From Octopus vulgaris (Eukaryota): DNA of 64,000 nucleotides. Below, in pieces: positions 39,814 to 53,570 of this stretch. How positions within the stretch are numbered: position 1 is the stretch's first letter; each line of letters starts with the position of its first letter. The notes below the pieces were generated by a model, which had not been told where the DNA came from, made no database searches, and saw only the letters and a list, made by a program, of their open reading frames with translations. The stretch spans positions 23,560,001 through 23,624,000 of the forward strand of contig OX597814.1 of NCBI GenBank assembly GCA_951406725.2. The letters run 5' to 3'. Position numbers and translations under genes: made by a program.

Positions 39814-42456
39814 CATTATTATTATTATTAGTGGTTATGGTGGTGGTGATGGTGGTAGTTGTAGAAGTAGAAGTAGTAGTAGTAGTAGTAGCAGCAGCAG
39901 CAGTGGTACAAGCAAATAACACAATGGTGTCTGCAGATAGTTTTGAGATTTTGTATCCCTCTACAAAGTTTGTGATGCATCTACATGGTAGACATAATCT
40001 TACTTGATGAATGACACTTTCAGGCCACATTTAAAATATTGCCAGAAAAGAAAAAATAAGAAGAATCACAAAGGAGCCAGTCAAATTGTTATTTGGGTTT
40101 TATCATTGAATATATTTGATATTAATTAGAAAAAGAATAGGGAATAAAATAAACATAAAAGAACTTCAAAAACTGCATCAGATTCATCACAGCTACATAA
40201 ATCATAATTATAAACTTCTTCATAATAATGAATCTGATAGATATTACTTAAAGGAAAAAAAAGCAAACAAGTTGAAGTATTTCATAATAAACCATGTATG
40301 TATGTATGCATGTATGAGTATACACACACACACACACACATGCATATGCACACCTACCCACACAAGCACCTCTTCCCCATACACTTATTTATATATATAT
40401 ATATATAAGTATGTAGATATGCATATGTATAGATATGTATATATGATATGTATATATGTATATATAATATAAAAATACATACAGCTGTATATATATATAA
40501 TATAAAAATACACACAGCTATATATATATATATATATAATATAAAGATACATACAGCTATATATATAAATATATATATATATCTGGGTATTGAATATTTT
40601 TTTCAATAAACATTTTACCAATCAGAGGATAAATGAATATTCAGGAAGCTGAAGTCGTAAAACTTGCTTTGATATATCAATAGTAATTTACTAAAGAGTA
40701 TGGAAAATGAAAAGGCAGCATTGAGCCAAACAAATTAAACGTTATTTCATCATTGGCTAAAGTAAATAAACTAAGGTAAATTAATTACCAGTCATGAGAG
40801 AAGTTTAGATGTTTATTTTTTCATTAGATTTTAACCCTTCTGTAACGAGAGTGGTTATCATTGCCATCATCCAAAATTACTCTAGGAAAGCCACTTACTT
40901 AGAAGTAAATGGTCTAAAAAAAACTTTAAAATAGATAAGATCTTTTCTCTTAACTGCATAAGGCTTCACTTCACACATTCTGTTAACTAATTGGAAATAA
41001 AATGTTCATGGAAGCTACTTATATGCTTGCTGTTTTGTGGGAGAATGAATGCATTTGTGCCTCACTCAAGTATCAACATCCCATGATATGCACTTTGTCA
41101 ATAAATTCAAAATGTCAATGTTTTTAGAAGAATATTGCAGTTTTTTTTTTCAGCTTGATATGGGCAAGGTGTGTTTAGTGGAATTCTTTTTTGCCTAGAT
41201 CAATGATTCTCAAATTAAGGATAAAGATCCATGTTTGGGCAGAAACTGCATTTGGGCCTGATAAAATAGTCAGTAGGTGCCAGTAGAAATGATTGAAACT
41301 GCCTTGGAATCTGAGCAGCATTACCCTGTATGAGTAGAACAAAAACTTCAAGATCTCTATCAGCAGCTTGAAAGAAGAATATGCAGTGACCCTGGGGAGG
41401 TACTGCAATACCAAGATACCTTTAACCCAAAGGTCTCTCAGACTAGTATTGAGGTCTAAATTGGTTTGAAATTGAGGGCAGTAAGGATTGCAGCTAAAGC
41501 ACAGAGTTTATGTGGGTATAGTGCTTTCTGGAAGGAATGGCCAGGGTGGTAGTACAACACCTCATTATGACAAAAGATAGCTGATCTAAAATGAGGTATT
41601 GATTAAGGATATGCGATCCAGTAGGATTGTTTGAAAGTGACAGCAGAGGGCCTGGTTAAGATGAGAACAAGCATTGTTAAGTCTCATGGTTTGAGCTTTG
41701 GTAAGTGGAACACAAAAACTGTTCCTCAGCTTGTACTGAACCTAAAAGTATCCAAGCAAGAGGTTTTATAAGAACTCCTCATTCCCAAGAATGATTTTAT
41801 TAGGAAGGCTAATGAAAGGAAGGAAGTGAAATGTGATGTGTGAAAAACTGTCAGCCCTATCTTGATCAAATAGCTAGTTAGTTAGATGTGATCCTTTTGA
41901 GGTTGGATGCAAAGGAGTTGTATGCCAGTCCATTTGCAAAAGCATGCATACTGGACCTCATAGAAGCAAGTATGCAGAATGCCATCAACAAAGCAGCAAG
42001 GTTGTTTTGATCAGGAGGTATCCTGTAGATTAGGAGATATCAGCCATAGAATGAGTATTGCTCCTGGGCACAAGCCAGGGCTTGATCAGTTTTGATTGGG
42101 TCACTTGGATGAGTTTATTTGATTAATGAAAGATTCAAATTAGTCAACGATTCCATATGATGTGGCCAGCGCATCACAAAATAATGCAGAGAAAACTAAA
42201 GAAATGGAATGTCTGTCTTACATACAACTATCATGTACTGTACAAGTGCACTTAAATTTATATAGATATAACATTCTCTTAAGTGATTTTTATTTATAAT
42301 ATGTCTTTATTCTTTTGTAAATTACATAAAGAAAGTAACAAGACAAACAACTGCTTGTATATACTGTTGTGTCTGGGGAGAGTCACTTTCTTTTTGTGCC
42401 TTATAATGTAACACACTCACCAGTGAAATTTCCACTTATTTCTTATTTTTATTTTC

Positions 42457-42493
42457 CTAAAATTTTCGTTGCGTCTTGCAACCTTTTCAGTAG
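42457..42493 (-). ncRNA. Minimal hammerhead-like motif in a PLE-like fragment (~42365-42535)
   Basis: Minus reads CUA-CUGAAAA-G-GUUGC(AAGAC)GCAAC-GAAAAUUU-UAG: 5-bp helix II, palindromic AAUU helix III, 3-bp helix I. G8 is A. Confidence 0.45.
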
Positions 42494-45191
42494 TCTTGAC
42501 CCTGTCCGTTATTTACACTGCGTTCCTTTTTGTTTGTTTGTGTGCATGTGTGTGGGTCAGTGTGTGTGTGTGCCTATGTATCCATGTATGTATGTATGTA
42601 TGTATGTATGTATGTATGTATGTATGTATGTATGTATGTATGTGTGTATGTATGTATGCATGTGTATGTTTGTATATATGTGTGTGTATGCATCTGTATA
42701 TATGTATGTATTTTATCCTTCTTTATTCCATTTCTGGTTGAAGGTCAATCCTAATGACATTGCTTCTGGTAAGTCAGTAGAGTAAAATCTTTTTCCATAC
42801 ATTTTTTTAATAGTAGAACAATGTTATTTATCTTTTATTGAATGAGTATGGGATAAAAGTTACGGGGTCATCCTACTTGGGAAAGAGTAGCTCCTAAAGC
42901 AACATCAGATGTATTAGTCTCTACTACCAATGAGCAGTTAGGATTTATGATGTGTACTTCAGAACCAGCAAGTATTTTCTTCAGCTTTTCCAAAACCATA
43001 ATTGCTTCAATGGAAAAGGAGAAGGAAGACGAGTTGAGCAGATGTTGCTTTATGTCAAAATATCTTGGAATTCATCCCACATAATTAATGAATAATCCAA
43101 TAATCTTGGACAAACTCTTAGAGTATGAAGAAGCATTAAGTCTCAATAATGGCTTCAATTGTTGAGGATCGTTGAGTCTTTAGCAGTTAGATACCCTCTG
43201 AATGAATGCAATACTAGGTTTCCTATACATACCTTTATCATTATTCACATCAAGCCCATAATTCTTAACACATTTTAGAAATCACTGTACATTGTTGTCA
43301 TGCTCTGTAATGTTTCTTCTAAAGATAACAAAGCCAGAATAACAAGAAATGCTTCTTAGTTTATTACTGGTTATAAAACAGTGTCTTCCGTTAATTATAC
43401 TAAAAGGAAATCTATTGTATAAAAGGATCTGCTATCAGCCTTAAAGGCAGTGTAATTTTTCTTTTGCTTGAAGAGAGATATGACATATAAGTACTTTTTA
43501 GAATTACCTTATTAAAAATTGATAAAGAAGCTGTATTTTGAACGAGCATGTTGAAATTAAGCATAAGAAAAATTAGTAACCATGCAAAAATAGCTTTAGT
43601 ACATTCAATGACATTGTGTTTCTTATGAATTTCATTTCTAACAGAAAGTTTTACTCTCCTGTAAAAAAGTTACTTACTCTGTTACACCACTCTTGCTATT
43701 TTTCTATTCAATCTCTTTAACAATAACTAGCATATAATTATCCATTAATAATACCCTTCCTTTCCTATCAGTATATTTCTCTTTATCAAACTCACACTTG
43801 TACACTCTCTTCTTTCACATTCTTACTCTAGTTTACTCTTGATCATCACTCTGTTTTCTATTCACCCCTTACAATTGCCTTCAATTAATGGAATAGGTGT
43901 GAAAAGGACTCTTTAGACTTGCAAGGGATAAGGCAAATCCTTTTAGTTCTAATGCCATCATAAAATGCATCTGAAACCTTCTATACAGTAGTTGGTAAAT
44001 AAAAACTTAGGATAGAGAGGACCTTTTCATTTTGTTGAAAATACACAAACTTTCTAGTGCTGGTGCTGTGGGGAGTAGCGTTTCTGATGTTTCAGATAAA
44101 GTCCTTCTTCAGATTTGAGCTAAAAGGAGAACAAGTAAAACAGGAATGTTTCCTCTCAGTTACTTTCAGTCCCTCTAATGAGGATGTAAACACTTTTGTC
44201 TTTCATTTACTTCTTTTATCACAATACTAAGAGAAGACTTCACCCAAAATGCCAGAAATTCTACACCATCTTTTTTTTTTCTGTGAAATGAATGGGTTAT
44301 TACCATCTCCTAGATGGCTCAAAGGACAGCATCTCACATGTAACTTTATCTGTGGCTTGATTTCTACAGCTGAATACCCTTCCTAGCACCAGCCACTTTA
44401 CAGAGTGTACTGGATGCATTTTGTTTTCTATGACACCAGCCCTATAGAGATTGTCATGCTATTGTCAAGTATAAAAGGTGCTCTTGACTACGAATTTAAC
44501 AGGGTGCACTCTGAAGGCAAGAATGAAGGATGGATGTTGATACAGGTGGAGTGTATGCGATACATGCATGTCTGAAGAAGTCCTTCCACCAAATGCACTG
44601 AAATGAGCAAGAAAGCTTGAGTAATCTACATGGAAGAGAGACAGACAGACAGACAGATAGAGTTGGGGTAATGTGTTGGTTAAAGGGTCAAACAGGTCCA
44701 TTCCATATGTAAAAGAATTTTTTATAAATGAAAATTTATTTTCTTTAACCAGTATAATTTTAAAATCACAACCTCAAACTAATAAAATTTAATTCTATAA
44801 TATTCATCTGTTTCCATTAGACTTCTGAAATTGTGTAGACAGATGGTGTCTGGTATATATTTCATTGGTGATTTTACATGAGTTTCAACTAAGTTTTAAC
44901 GTCTCCTCAAAAGTTTTAAAACCTCCTTTATCTGCTACACTGGGCCCAAATGTGATGGAACTAAAGTGCTAATTTATTCAGATTTAGAGTTGTTGGCAAA
45001 TGTTTGAATCTCCAAATCTATAATATAAACTTCTTTCCACAATGAGTGTTTTATAGAATGTCAAATTTATCTGGTGTAACATACTTGTCTGTTTTGTTTC
45101 AGTGATTCGTAACTTTCAAACCAATTAAAATTGTGATGATAAAGAAAGTTTCAGTTATAATTCTTTATTTGAATTCAAAAGAACACATATA

Positions 45192-45489
45192 CAGTGGAAC
45201 CTTGGTTTATGAATTTAATTCATTCCTGAAGGCCGTTTGGCACCTGAAATATTAGTAAACCAAAATTATTTTTTGCATAGGAAATTCAATGGAAGGCATA
45301 CTGAATTCAAGCTGGGATGTGTACTGAGCAAAAGCTGGACAGCAACTGAGGGTCTCCCATCGGTACTCCCAGCTTGTCAGCAACTCTTGTTGCTGGTTTG
45401 CATGTTCATTACTTGAGACACCATTTCTCACCAAAGACATTTTACATTCGTGGTCTTGATAAGAGGCGTTCATTAATCAAGTTCCACTG
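45192..45489. mobile_element. Tigger/pogo-type MITE
   Basis: TA-CAGTGGAACCTTGGTTTATGAA ... TTCATTAATCAAGTTCCACTG-TA. Confidence 0.8.
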
Positions 45490-46842
45490 TATTCTTAGCA
45501 GCTAGTTCATGTAAGGGACTTAACTGTCTAATATAGATAACCAAGTTAACATAAGAGTCATAAAGCACTCCCTTAAGCTAAATAGATTTCTCAAACTGAA
45601 ATTAATTCTCAACCAAAACTAATGTGGCTTACACTTAGAATTTCTTTTCTAAAATACTCTTCATAAACATCCACAAGCAAGTTAGGGATCATTTTTGCTG
45701 CGGCCTGACTGACCAGCTAGAAATAACAGCAAAATACCCCTCAAATGATTTCCTGCTACTTAAATGAAATGAGGCTATATTAGATAATGAACTCCTACAT
45801 ATCCCTACAATGGCAAGGAAGTCATGGTTGGACAGCCATTGATCAGTAGGTTTGGTCTTGGTCAGCCATTGTTAATCTAAGGGTAAACAATAAAAATAAC
45901 ATCAACAAATATCTGAAGTTCTAATAAATGCTAAGATACAATAACTGGAGTTGATACTTTTGTACTTAAATTTCCAACTCACATAATAAAATAAGATTAG
46001 TATTTAGCTGTCTGATAAGAAGAAGTAAGGCAAAAGTGCAATATACCAGTTAACATATTGACTAAGATAGTATTTACACATATGGACTTTTAAAAACAAT
46101 ATATTAGATGATTAATCATTCTTTAATGTATGCAGCAGTAGTATACAAAAAATAACTTTATACAATATCTAGAATAAAATAAAATCGTCATTGGACAATG
46201 ATTTGATATAATAGATCACAAATGTCTGATATGATGGAGTAATAGAGAGATAGTGAGAGACACAGAGGCAGAGCCAAAGAGAGAGAGAGAGGCGGGGTCA
46301 TGTGACAGAGGCATAAAAAGGACAGTGAAAGGCAAAAGAAGTGGAATGAGAGTATAGTCAAAGAGTATTTCTCTAAAAAAAGATTGAGAAGTTGATTCTA
46401 TTCAATTCTATGTGTAACCAATATGTTGTATGACAAGTCATCAATCAAAGTAGTATATAATTTCTCTTCACTATGTGACCCAATCAGTAACCGTGCCACA
46501 GGGAGATTAGTGAAAACATCTGTCTATCTAAAATAACAAAGTCATTATTTATGGGTATGTCTGGTAGGCATTATTATCTAGGTGTTATACAGATCTATAG
46601 GCGTGTGCAGGCAACAAAGTTAAGCAGCTGGTCTTTATTTTGTATAAAATACATTTGTATACAAATTTATGTACATGTGTATCTATAAGTAAAAAAAAAA
46701 AGCAAAAATAAAACCTAAAGCTCATGTAAATGAATTAAAAAGGGAGATATCTTGATGACTTTCAGATCCAATGTATTGAACATATATTCATCAATATTCA
46801 TCTATATTCATCACACGGATGCACAAGCAGGGCTAAATATAG

Positions 46843-47475
46843 GCTGGTTATGTGGTTAAAAAGTTTGTTTCTCAACCACATGGTTTTTGGTTCAGTCCCA
46901 CTACCCTGCACATGAGGCAAGTGCCTTGTATTAAAGCTCCAGGCTGACCAATGTCTTGGAAGAGGATTTGAAAGACAGAAACTGAAGAAGCCTACTTTGT
47001 ATTTGTATGTGTGTGTGTGTGTGTTTTCAATATGTGACCTCGTGTATATCGTTAGCGATTTTTTTTATCCATCTTCCCTTCCTTGGATCTTTCCTTTTCC
47101 TATGTTTCTGATGAAGAGCTCTGCTCGAAACGTTAAATCCTCCTTCTTTCTTTCCTTTCCTGAGCGTCCAATAACACTATACTTGTTCCACATCCCCGCA
47201 TTGTTGTGCTTTCATGTTTGGATTAACTACATATATATATATGACTGTGTAGTATATTTTTGTATCTCCTTGTCTCGACATAATGCAATTGTTGTAAATA
47301 AATGCCATTCATTTCCAGTTTTCTATAAAATCAAGTGGGACAAGGGGAAATATTACTGTGGAAGCAGGCAAGGGTTGATGACAGGAAGAGAATCTGGAAG
47401 TAGAAAATGGACATCAATAAACTGCATCCAGTCCTTATGAGCATGGAAAGGAGGATGTTAAAATGATGGTGATAA
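46843..47475 (+). mobile_element. Degenerate SINE (family-A-like head, RTE-like tail) interrupted by a PLE-like fragment at ~47025-47232
   Basis: Head 46843-47000 with GGTTCAGTCCC; tail 47260-47475 ending GCATGGAAAGGAGGATGTTAAAATGATG. Confidence 0.65.
47104..47138 (+). ncRNA. Minimal type I hammerhead ribozyme (PLE-type)
   Basis: GUUU-CUGAUGA-A-GAGC(UCU)GCUC-GAAACGUU-AAAU: intact CUGAUGA and GAAA cores, palindromic ACGU helix III, GUU triplet. Confidence 0.7.
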
Positions 47476-47599
47476 TAGCTGGCTGAAACTTCGAAGTCAC
47501 TTTCAACACCATTATTGCATAAGAATAATAAATTTGTACTCTTCAAAAGTATAAAATAACCCATCATGTAAAATTAATGTAAAATTGTTTTTATTATAT

Positions 47600-47830
47600 A
47601 TTTCTTTACTACCCACAAGGGGCTAAACACAGAGGGGACAAACAAGGACAAACAAATGGATTAAGTCGATTACATCGACCCCAGTTTGTAACTGGTACTT
47701 AATTTATCGACCCTGATAGGATGAAAGGCAAAGTCGACCTAGGCGGAATTTGAACCCAGAACATAATGGCAGATGAAATGCAGCTATGCATTTCACCCAG
47801 CGTGCTAACGTTTCTGCCAGCTCACCGCCC
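47600..47830 (-). mobile_element. SINE family B monomer
   Basis: Reverse complement of 7552-7776. Confidence 0.9.
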
Positions 47831-48678
47831 TCAAAATTGTTGTTATTATAACTGAGCATAAAAACGAACATTAATGTGTGTGTGTGTGTGTGTGTGTGGT
47901 GGATTCTCTCATCATGAATGACAAATGATGGTTCAGTAAAATAAATGTTAATCATGTTCTATGGACATGAATGTATCTCTTGGGGCCTGCTGGTGCCTTG
48001 CAAACCTTTTAGCAAATGGAGCAAGTTGAAGACTCAGTTTACTTGTGTGCAAACAGATCATTTTACTATGTGTTTTCTTGAGTGGGTGGCAAGTCCTGCT
48101 TTGCTCCATGCCCCAAAACCACAATGTGTGTGTGTGTGTGTGTGTGTGTGTGAGTGTATGTATGCTTGTTTACATTTGCATTCTATGACAATCCCTATGA
48201 GCACCATTGTTACTTTTGCAGTCAACAAATTTTTGCTAGCTTAACATCTTTGTTGTTGTGTTAAGTAAGAGACCTCTTACTTGAAAGAACAGGCATAGGT
48301 TAATAACAGTAAGAGTGTTTGGCTGTAAAACCTTGCCTCAATAATATATTAATCTAGCATATGGAAAAATGAATGTAAAAGGAGTGCTAGCAACACATAA
48401 AAAGCACTTGTGCTGGTGCCACATTAAAGGTACCCATACTGGCACTAGGTAAAAAGCACCCAATGCATCTCTAAAGTGGTTGGCATTAGGAAGATCATTC
48501 AGCCATAGAAACTATGCCAAAGTAGATGACTGATGCCTGTTGCAGCTCTCTGGCTTGCCAGCTCCTGTTAGACAATCCAACCTGTGCCAGCATAGAGAGC
48601 TGACATTGAATGATGATGATGATGATGCTGATGATGACACATTACACATATGTATATAAGTATGCCACATACACATAT

Positions 48679-48724
<46 letters not shown>

Positions 48725-48845
48725 ATATAAAGATGATATTTGCAAACAGAAACACATGCACACACGTGCATGAGGGCATACATACATTGTTTTCTAAAAA
48801 TTCAATATAAAACTACTTCTGTGATATAAGACTTAAACATATATG

Positions 48846-48848
<3 letters not shown>

Positions 48849-48910
<62 letters not shown>
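48849..48910. repeat. (TA)n microsatellite
   Basis: Perfect run. Confidence 0.95.
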
Positions 48911-48912
<2 letters not shown>

Positions 48913-48969
48913 CATTACAGATATAGAGTAAAAAATTATTAATTTAATTTATTAAAATTTTACCTTATA

Positions 48970-49225
48970 TGTGTCGGTGGCACATAAAAAACACCATCCG
49001 AGCGTGGCCGTTTGCCAGCCTTGTCTGGCACCTGTGTCGGTGGCACATAAAATCACCCACTACACTTTCGGAGTGGTTGGCGTTAGGAAGGGCATCCAGC
49101 TGTAGAAACACTGCCAGATCTGACTGGCCTGGTGCAGCCTTCGGGCTCCCCAGACCCCAGTTGAACCGTCCAACCCATGCTAGCATGGAAAGTGGACGTT
49201 AAATGATGATGATGATGATGATGAT
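48970..49225 (+). mobile_element. RTE LINE 3'-tail copy with (GAT)n
   Basis: Matches 16137-16360 and retains GGACGTTAAATGATGATG. Confidence 0.9.
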
Positions 49226-50629
49226 ATCTGTAATGATTATTTCACTCCCCGATAACAAAACTGCGAATCTTTTTTTTCTGCAGTACTATCTTTGTGACAC
49301 ACATGGTAAGCTTGGAGGGAAATACGAATTCACTCGTCTATATAAATGTGAATATGCTGATGAACTTTTGTATGTTCTGATGGTGCTTGGTTAGAAATAT
49401 AAGGGGTAAGTTTTCCTAGCATTTTCAGATTTATAACTCTCGAAATATTATGTTGATGAAGGAAATGAATTTTTATAATTCTAATCCAGTAACACGTCCA
49501 TAATTAATCGAAGACTGTTTGATTTCATTATTTTTCTTCTTTTTTGCCTATGTGAGTTACAAATATTTTGTTATCTGTGGGGACATATTTTGTAGATAAA
49601 AGCAATCTTTTGGCTGCTATTTCTAAAATTGTTGGTATGTGGTCAAGCAACTTGTTGCTAAACTCTTAATTATTGTTATAATTATATATATATATATATT
49701 TCCAGATTTACAATACATCAATTCATATATACATATATATTGTTTATGTATTTATGTATGGGTGTGAGTAGATTGTGTGTATGGAGTGACACTGCTTAGG
49801 CAGGATTAACCTTTTTTTATGTCCAGCCTAAACAAAAAGTTTGGCAGTTCAACAATTCAATGTGTGATGACAGAACAAAGCACTTTACTCAAAAACATGA
49901 GTTGGCATCAGGGAAGGTATCTAGCTGTGGAATCTTGCTTCATGAAGTTTTATGCAACCTATGTCAGCATAGAAAAAGTGGATGTGAAAATAATGATAAC
50001 AATGATGATTATGAAGCTATTGTATATGAAACCAATGTGTTTACATCAGTCTACACATAGAGACATAGAGTAATAAAGAAAAATCTATTGATATATTTTT
50101 ATAGTACAGAATAGCATTGAAGTGAAACACTTAATGCATCAGTAGTTTATAATTGTTTTACTGTGAAAGAACATTTAACAAATAGAAAAATGCAGTAGGT
50201 TAATGGATATATAAGCTTATATAATGCTTAGTACTGGGAAAATCTGTGTGACTGTGGTGTGAAACCTGTAGTGACCCAAGAAAACTGGTTAATATTTACT
50301 GGATGCATGTAAAGCAAGAAATTGTGCGATAGACTACATAACAGCTAAGGAAATAACTGCATATTAGCAACTTTGGTTATTATGTGAAAGAGAAAAGGAT
50401 TACTCTACTAGAGTGGACATAAAATTGATATTTAAATTTTGTAGTGTAGTCAAAGGTATTCCAGTTGGCTTAAAGGTGACATTGGGAAATCAAGATTGAT
50501 AACAATTAAATGATGATTTCTGAAAATAAGTTCTTACAACTGAAATAAAACACGGCAGGGTCAAATGGAAACCCACTTCTATCATGATAATGTTTTACAA
50601 ACACTTGTCAGTGTCAATGATGATGATGG

Positions 50630-50972
50630 TGATCATCATCGTTTAACATCCGTTTTCCATGCTAGCATGGGCTGGACAGTTCGACTGGGTTCTGGGAAGC
50701 CAGGAGGCTGCACCAGGCTCCAGTCTGATCTGGCAGTGCTTCTACAGCTGGATGCCCTTCCTAACACCAACCACTCCGTGAGTGTAGTGGCCGCTTTTTA
50801 CGTGCCACCAGCACAGGTGCCAGGGGAGGCTGGCAACATCCACGATCAGTTGGTGCTTTTTATGTGCCACTAGCATGGAAGCCAGTCAAGGTGGTGCTGG
50901 CATCGGCCACGTTTGGATGGCACTTTTTACATGCCACCGGTACAGGTATCACAACTACAATTTCCATTTGAT
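50630..50972 (-). mobile_element. RTE LINE 3' UTR/tail copy
   Basis: Reverse complement matches 15965-16360, with one fewer 68-bp unit. Confidence 0.9.
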
Positions 50973-52271
50973 TGGATGTAAAAATAGATGGGGCAGAGAC
51001 AAGAAAGATGATGATGATGATGAGAATGACAATAGTTATGGTAATTTTAATGTTAAGTAGTCAGGAAAGTCTTTAATGAGACTGGGACACATTGATTTCC
51101 TCCAAATACACCTTCAACCAGAAGCTTGCTAAACATCAGTGAACAAACACATAAATCTGTAACTTCAGGTGTACATAGGCTACACTGGATAGAGAATGAG
51201 ACAATTGCAAAGGCACAGTGAGTTTCTTTGAGAAATTTCCGCCTCTTTTCCAAAATCTTCACAAGAAGTAACTCAGATAACTATAAAGTGAGTTTCTTTT
51301 AATAATAATGACACTGATTAAGGATGATACAAAAGTTTCACCCTTAGTCTTAAGATGCTCAACTTCAACTTTTCTGCAGTGATTACATTATTGTCAAGTA
51401 ATTTTCTTTACTTGTTTCCATTTACTGAGATCTTGTTTTTGCTAAAATTCAATAAAAATTATTTCTATGTCATGAGAATTCTTGTCATTAAAGCTGGCAA
51501 TATTTAATAATACCAACTAATTAGCATTAAATCAGTCTTTATGAACCCTATTTTAATCAATACATTTGAAGGATGTTATTTACTCTTGTATTCTTGTGTT
51601 GAACTGAAATAATATATTTAAAATTAATGGAAGGTTATTTTAGAAGGAATATTTCAGGCAACATCATATTACTGTAGTATATTTTTGTGATAACAATGTT
51701 AGATATTTCCTATAAAGTATAATATCAATAAATGAGCAATATTCCTGTTTTGATTTTTGCTGTGTATTAAACATTTGTTTGTACAACCCCTTTGCAAGTA
51801 CTTAATTGTACAATATGCTATATTTTATAATTTTTCAAAATAAGTTCTCAGTTATAAATTATTTCACATAAAATTATTTATTTGCAAACTACTTATTATC
51901 AGTTCTTTCCATATAAATAGTTATTATTAAGAATAAAGAATTTTTGTACATATCCTTTGAATACGAAACCACTGCATGTTATTATCTGATTCCTGCTTGT
52001 ATCAAATGTGTAGTTAAAAATCTGATAGAAATTTGATTTAAATCATGACCTTCTTAAGTGTTAATTAAAACATGGCTCTGGGGCTGTTTCTCTTTTCTGT
52101 TTCAAATTAGTCCTCATGACTTCACGTTTTAAATCTTAACTATTGATTTGTTAAAGAAATATATTAGTGCATGACCTGTTGTTTTATACCTGGAATAGCA
52201 TTTTGTTTCATTGAAACATAGGTGTATATTCAAGAAAGAATTAAGTAAAAGTTAAATCAATGTTAAAATAT

Positions 52272-52435
52272 GAGTGGCTGCGTGGTAAGTAGCTTGCTTA
52301 CAAACCACATAGTTCCGGGTTCAGTCCCACTGTGTGGCACCTTGGGCAAGTGTCTTCTACTATAGCCTAGGGCCGACCAAAGCCTTGTGAGTGGATTTGG
52401 TAGACAGAAACTGAAAGAATCCCATCATATGTATG

Positions 52436-52484
<49 letters not shown>

Positions 52485-52680
52485 TTGTTCCCCAGCATCG
52501 CTTGACAACCGATGCTGGTATGTTTACGTCCCGGTAACTTAGCAGTTCGGCAAAAGAGACCAATAGAATAAGTACTAGGCTTACAAAGAATAAGTTCTGG
52601 GGTTGATGTGCTCAACTAAAGGTTGTGCTCCAGCATGGCCACAGTCAAATGACTGAAAAAAGTAAAAGAGTAAAAGAGTA
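52272..52680 (+). mobile_element. SINE family A
   Basis: Near-identical to 19352-19755. Confidence 0.9.
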
Positions 52681-53183
52681 TTTAATGGATCAAAAGACCC
52701 ATTAGTTTTTAATTGTTTTTATATCTATACACAATGTTATATACAACAAACGAAAGAAAGGAAATTTTGACAATCAAACAATAACAGTGTAAAGAATATT
52801 TTTAGTGAATTTAATATTTTCATAATTGGGATGACTGTGAGATCCTCTTGGTGGAGTAAATTGACTTCGACAGCAAAAATATTTGTCACTTGGCTCCCCA
52901 ACTCTACTGAAAGTCATATACAACTGATTGAGAGTGAACACATTAGAAGTATTGCAAAGAAAATAACACATTAAAATTTAATAGAGAAAAACGAATATTA
53001 TTTGTATTTTAGAGAAATTTAAAGAACAAATATTCATCTGTTTTTTCCCATGCTGTAATAAACTTCTTTGAAAAGAAGAATATTTAAAAAAAATTTTCAA
53101 AAGCAGTAGCTTAATGTCTTTAATAGTTGTATTGAGAAATATATATATGTGTATGTGTACATATGTAGATAGATGGATAGATA

Positions 53184-53570
53184 GGCGCAGGAGTGGATGT
53201 GTGGTAAGTAGCATGCTTACCAACCACATGGTTAGGGTTCAGTCCCACTGCGTGGCACCTTGGGCAAGTGTCTTCTACTATAGCCTTGGGCCGACCAAAG
53301 CCTTGTGAGTGGATTTGTTACACGGAAACTGAAAAGAAGCCTGTTGTATATATGTATATGTATGTGTGCTGTGTGTCTGTGTTTGTCCCCCTAACATCGC
53401 TTGACAACCGATGCTGGTGTGTTTTACATCCCCATAACTTAGCGGTCTGGCAAAAGTGTCTGACAGAATAAGTACTAGGCTTACAAAGAATAAGTCCTGG
53501 GGTCGATTTGCTTGACTAAAGGCAGTGCTCTAGCATGGCCGTAGTCAAATGACTGAAATAAGTAAAAGAG
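53184..53570 (+). mobile_element. SINE family A inserted in a (GATA)n tract
   Basis: Near-identical to 10080-10476; GATA repeats on both flanks. Confidence 0.9.

Noticed and set aside
41170-42180. GC-richer block that might be a decayed retroelement
   Set aside because: I could not find convincing ordered RT or integrase motifs; it needs a Dfam/tBLASTx search.
49272-49410. Possible plus-strand exon (YYLCDTH..., GTAAG donors)
   Set aside because: Isolated, with no recognisable protein and no supporting partner exons.
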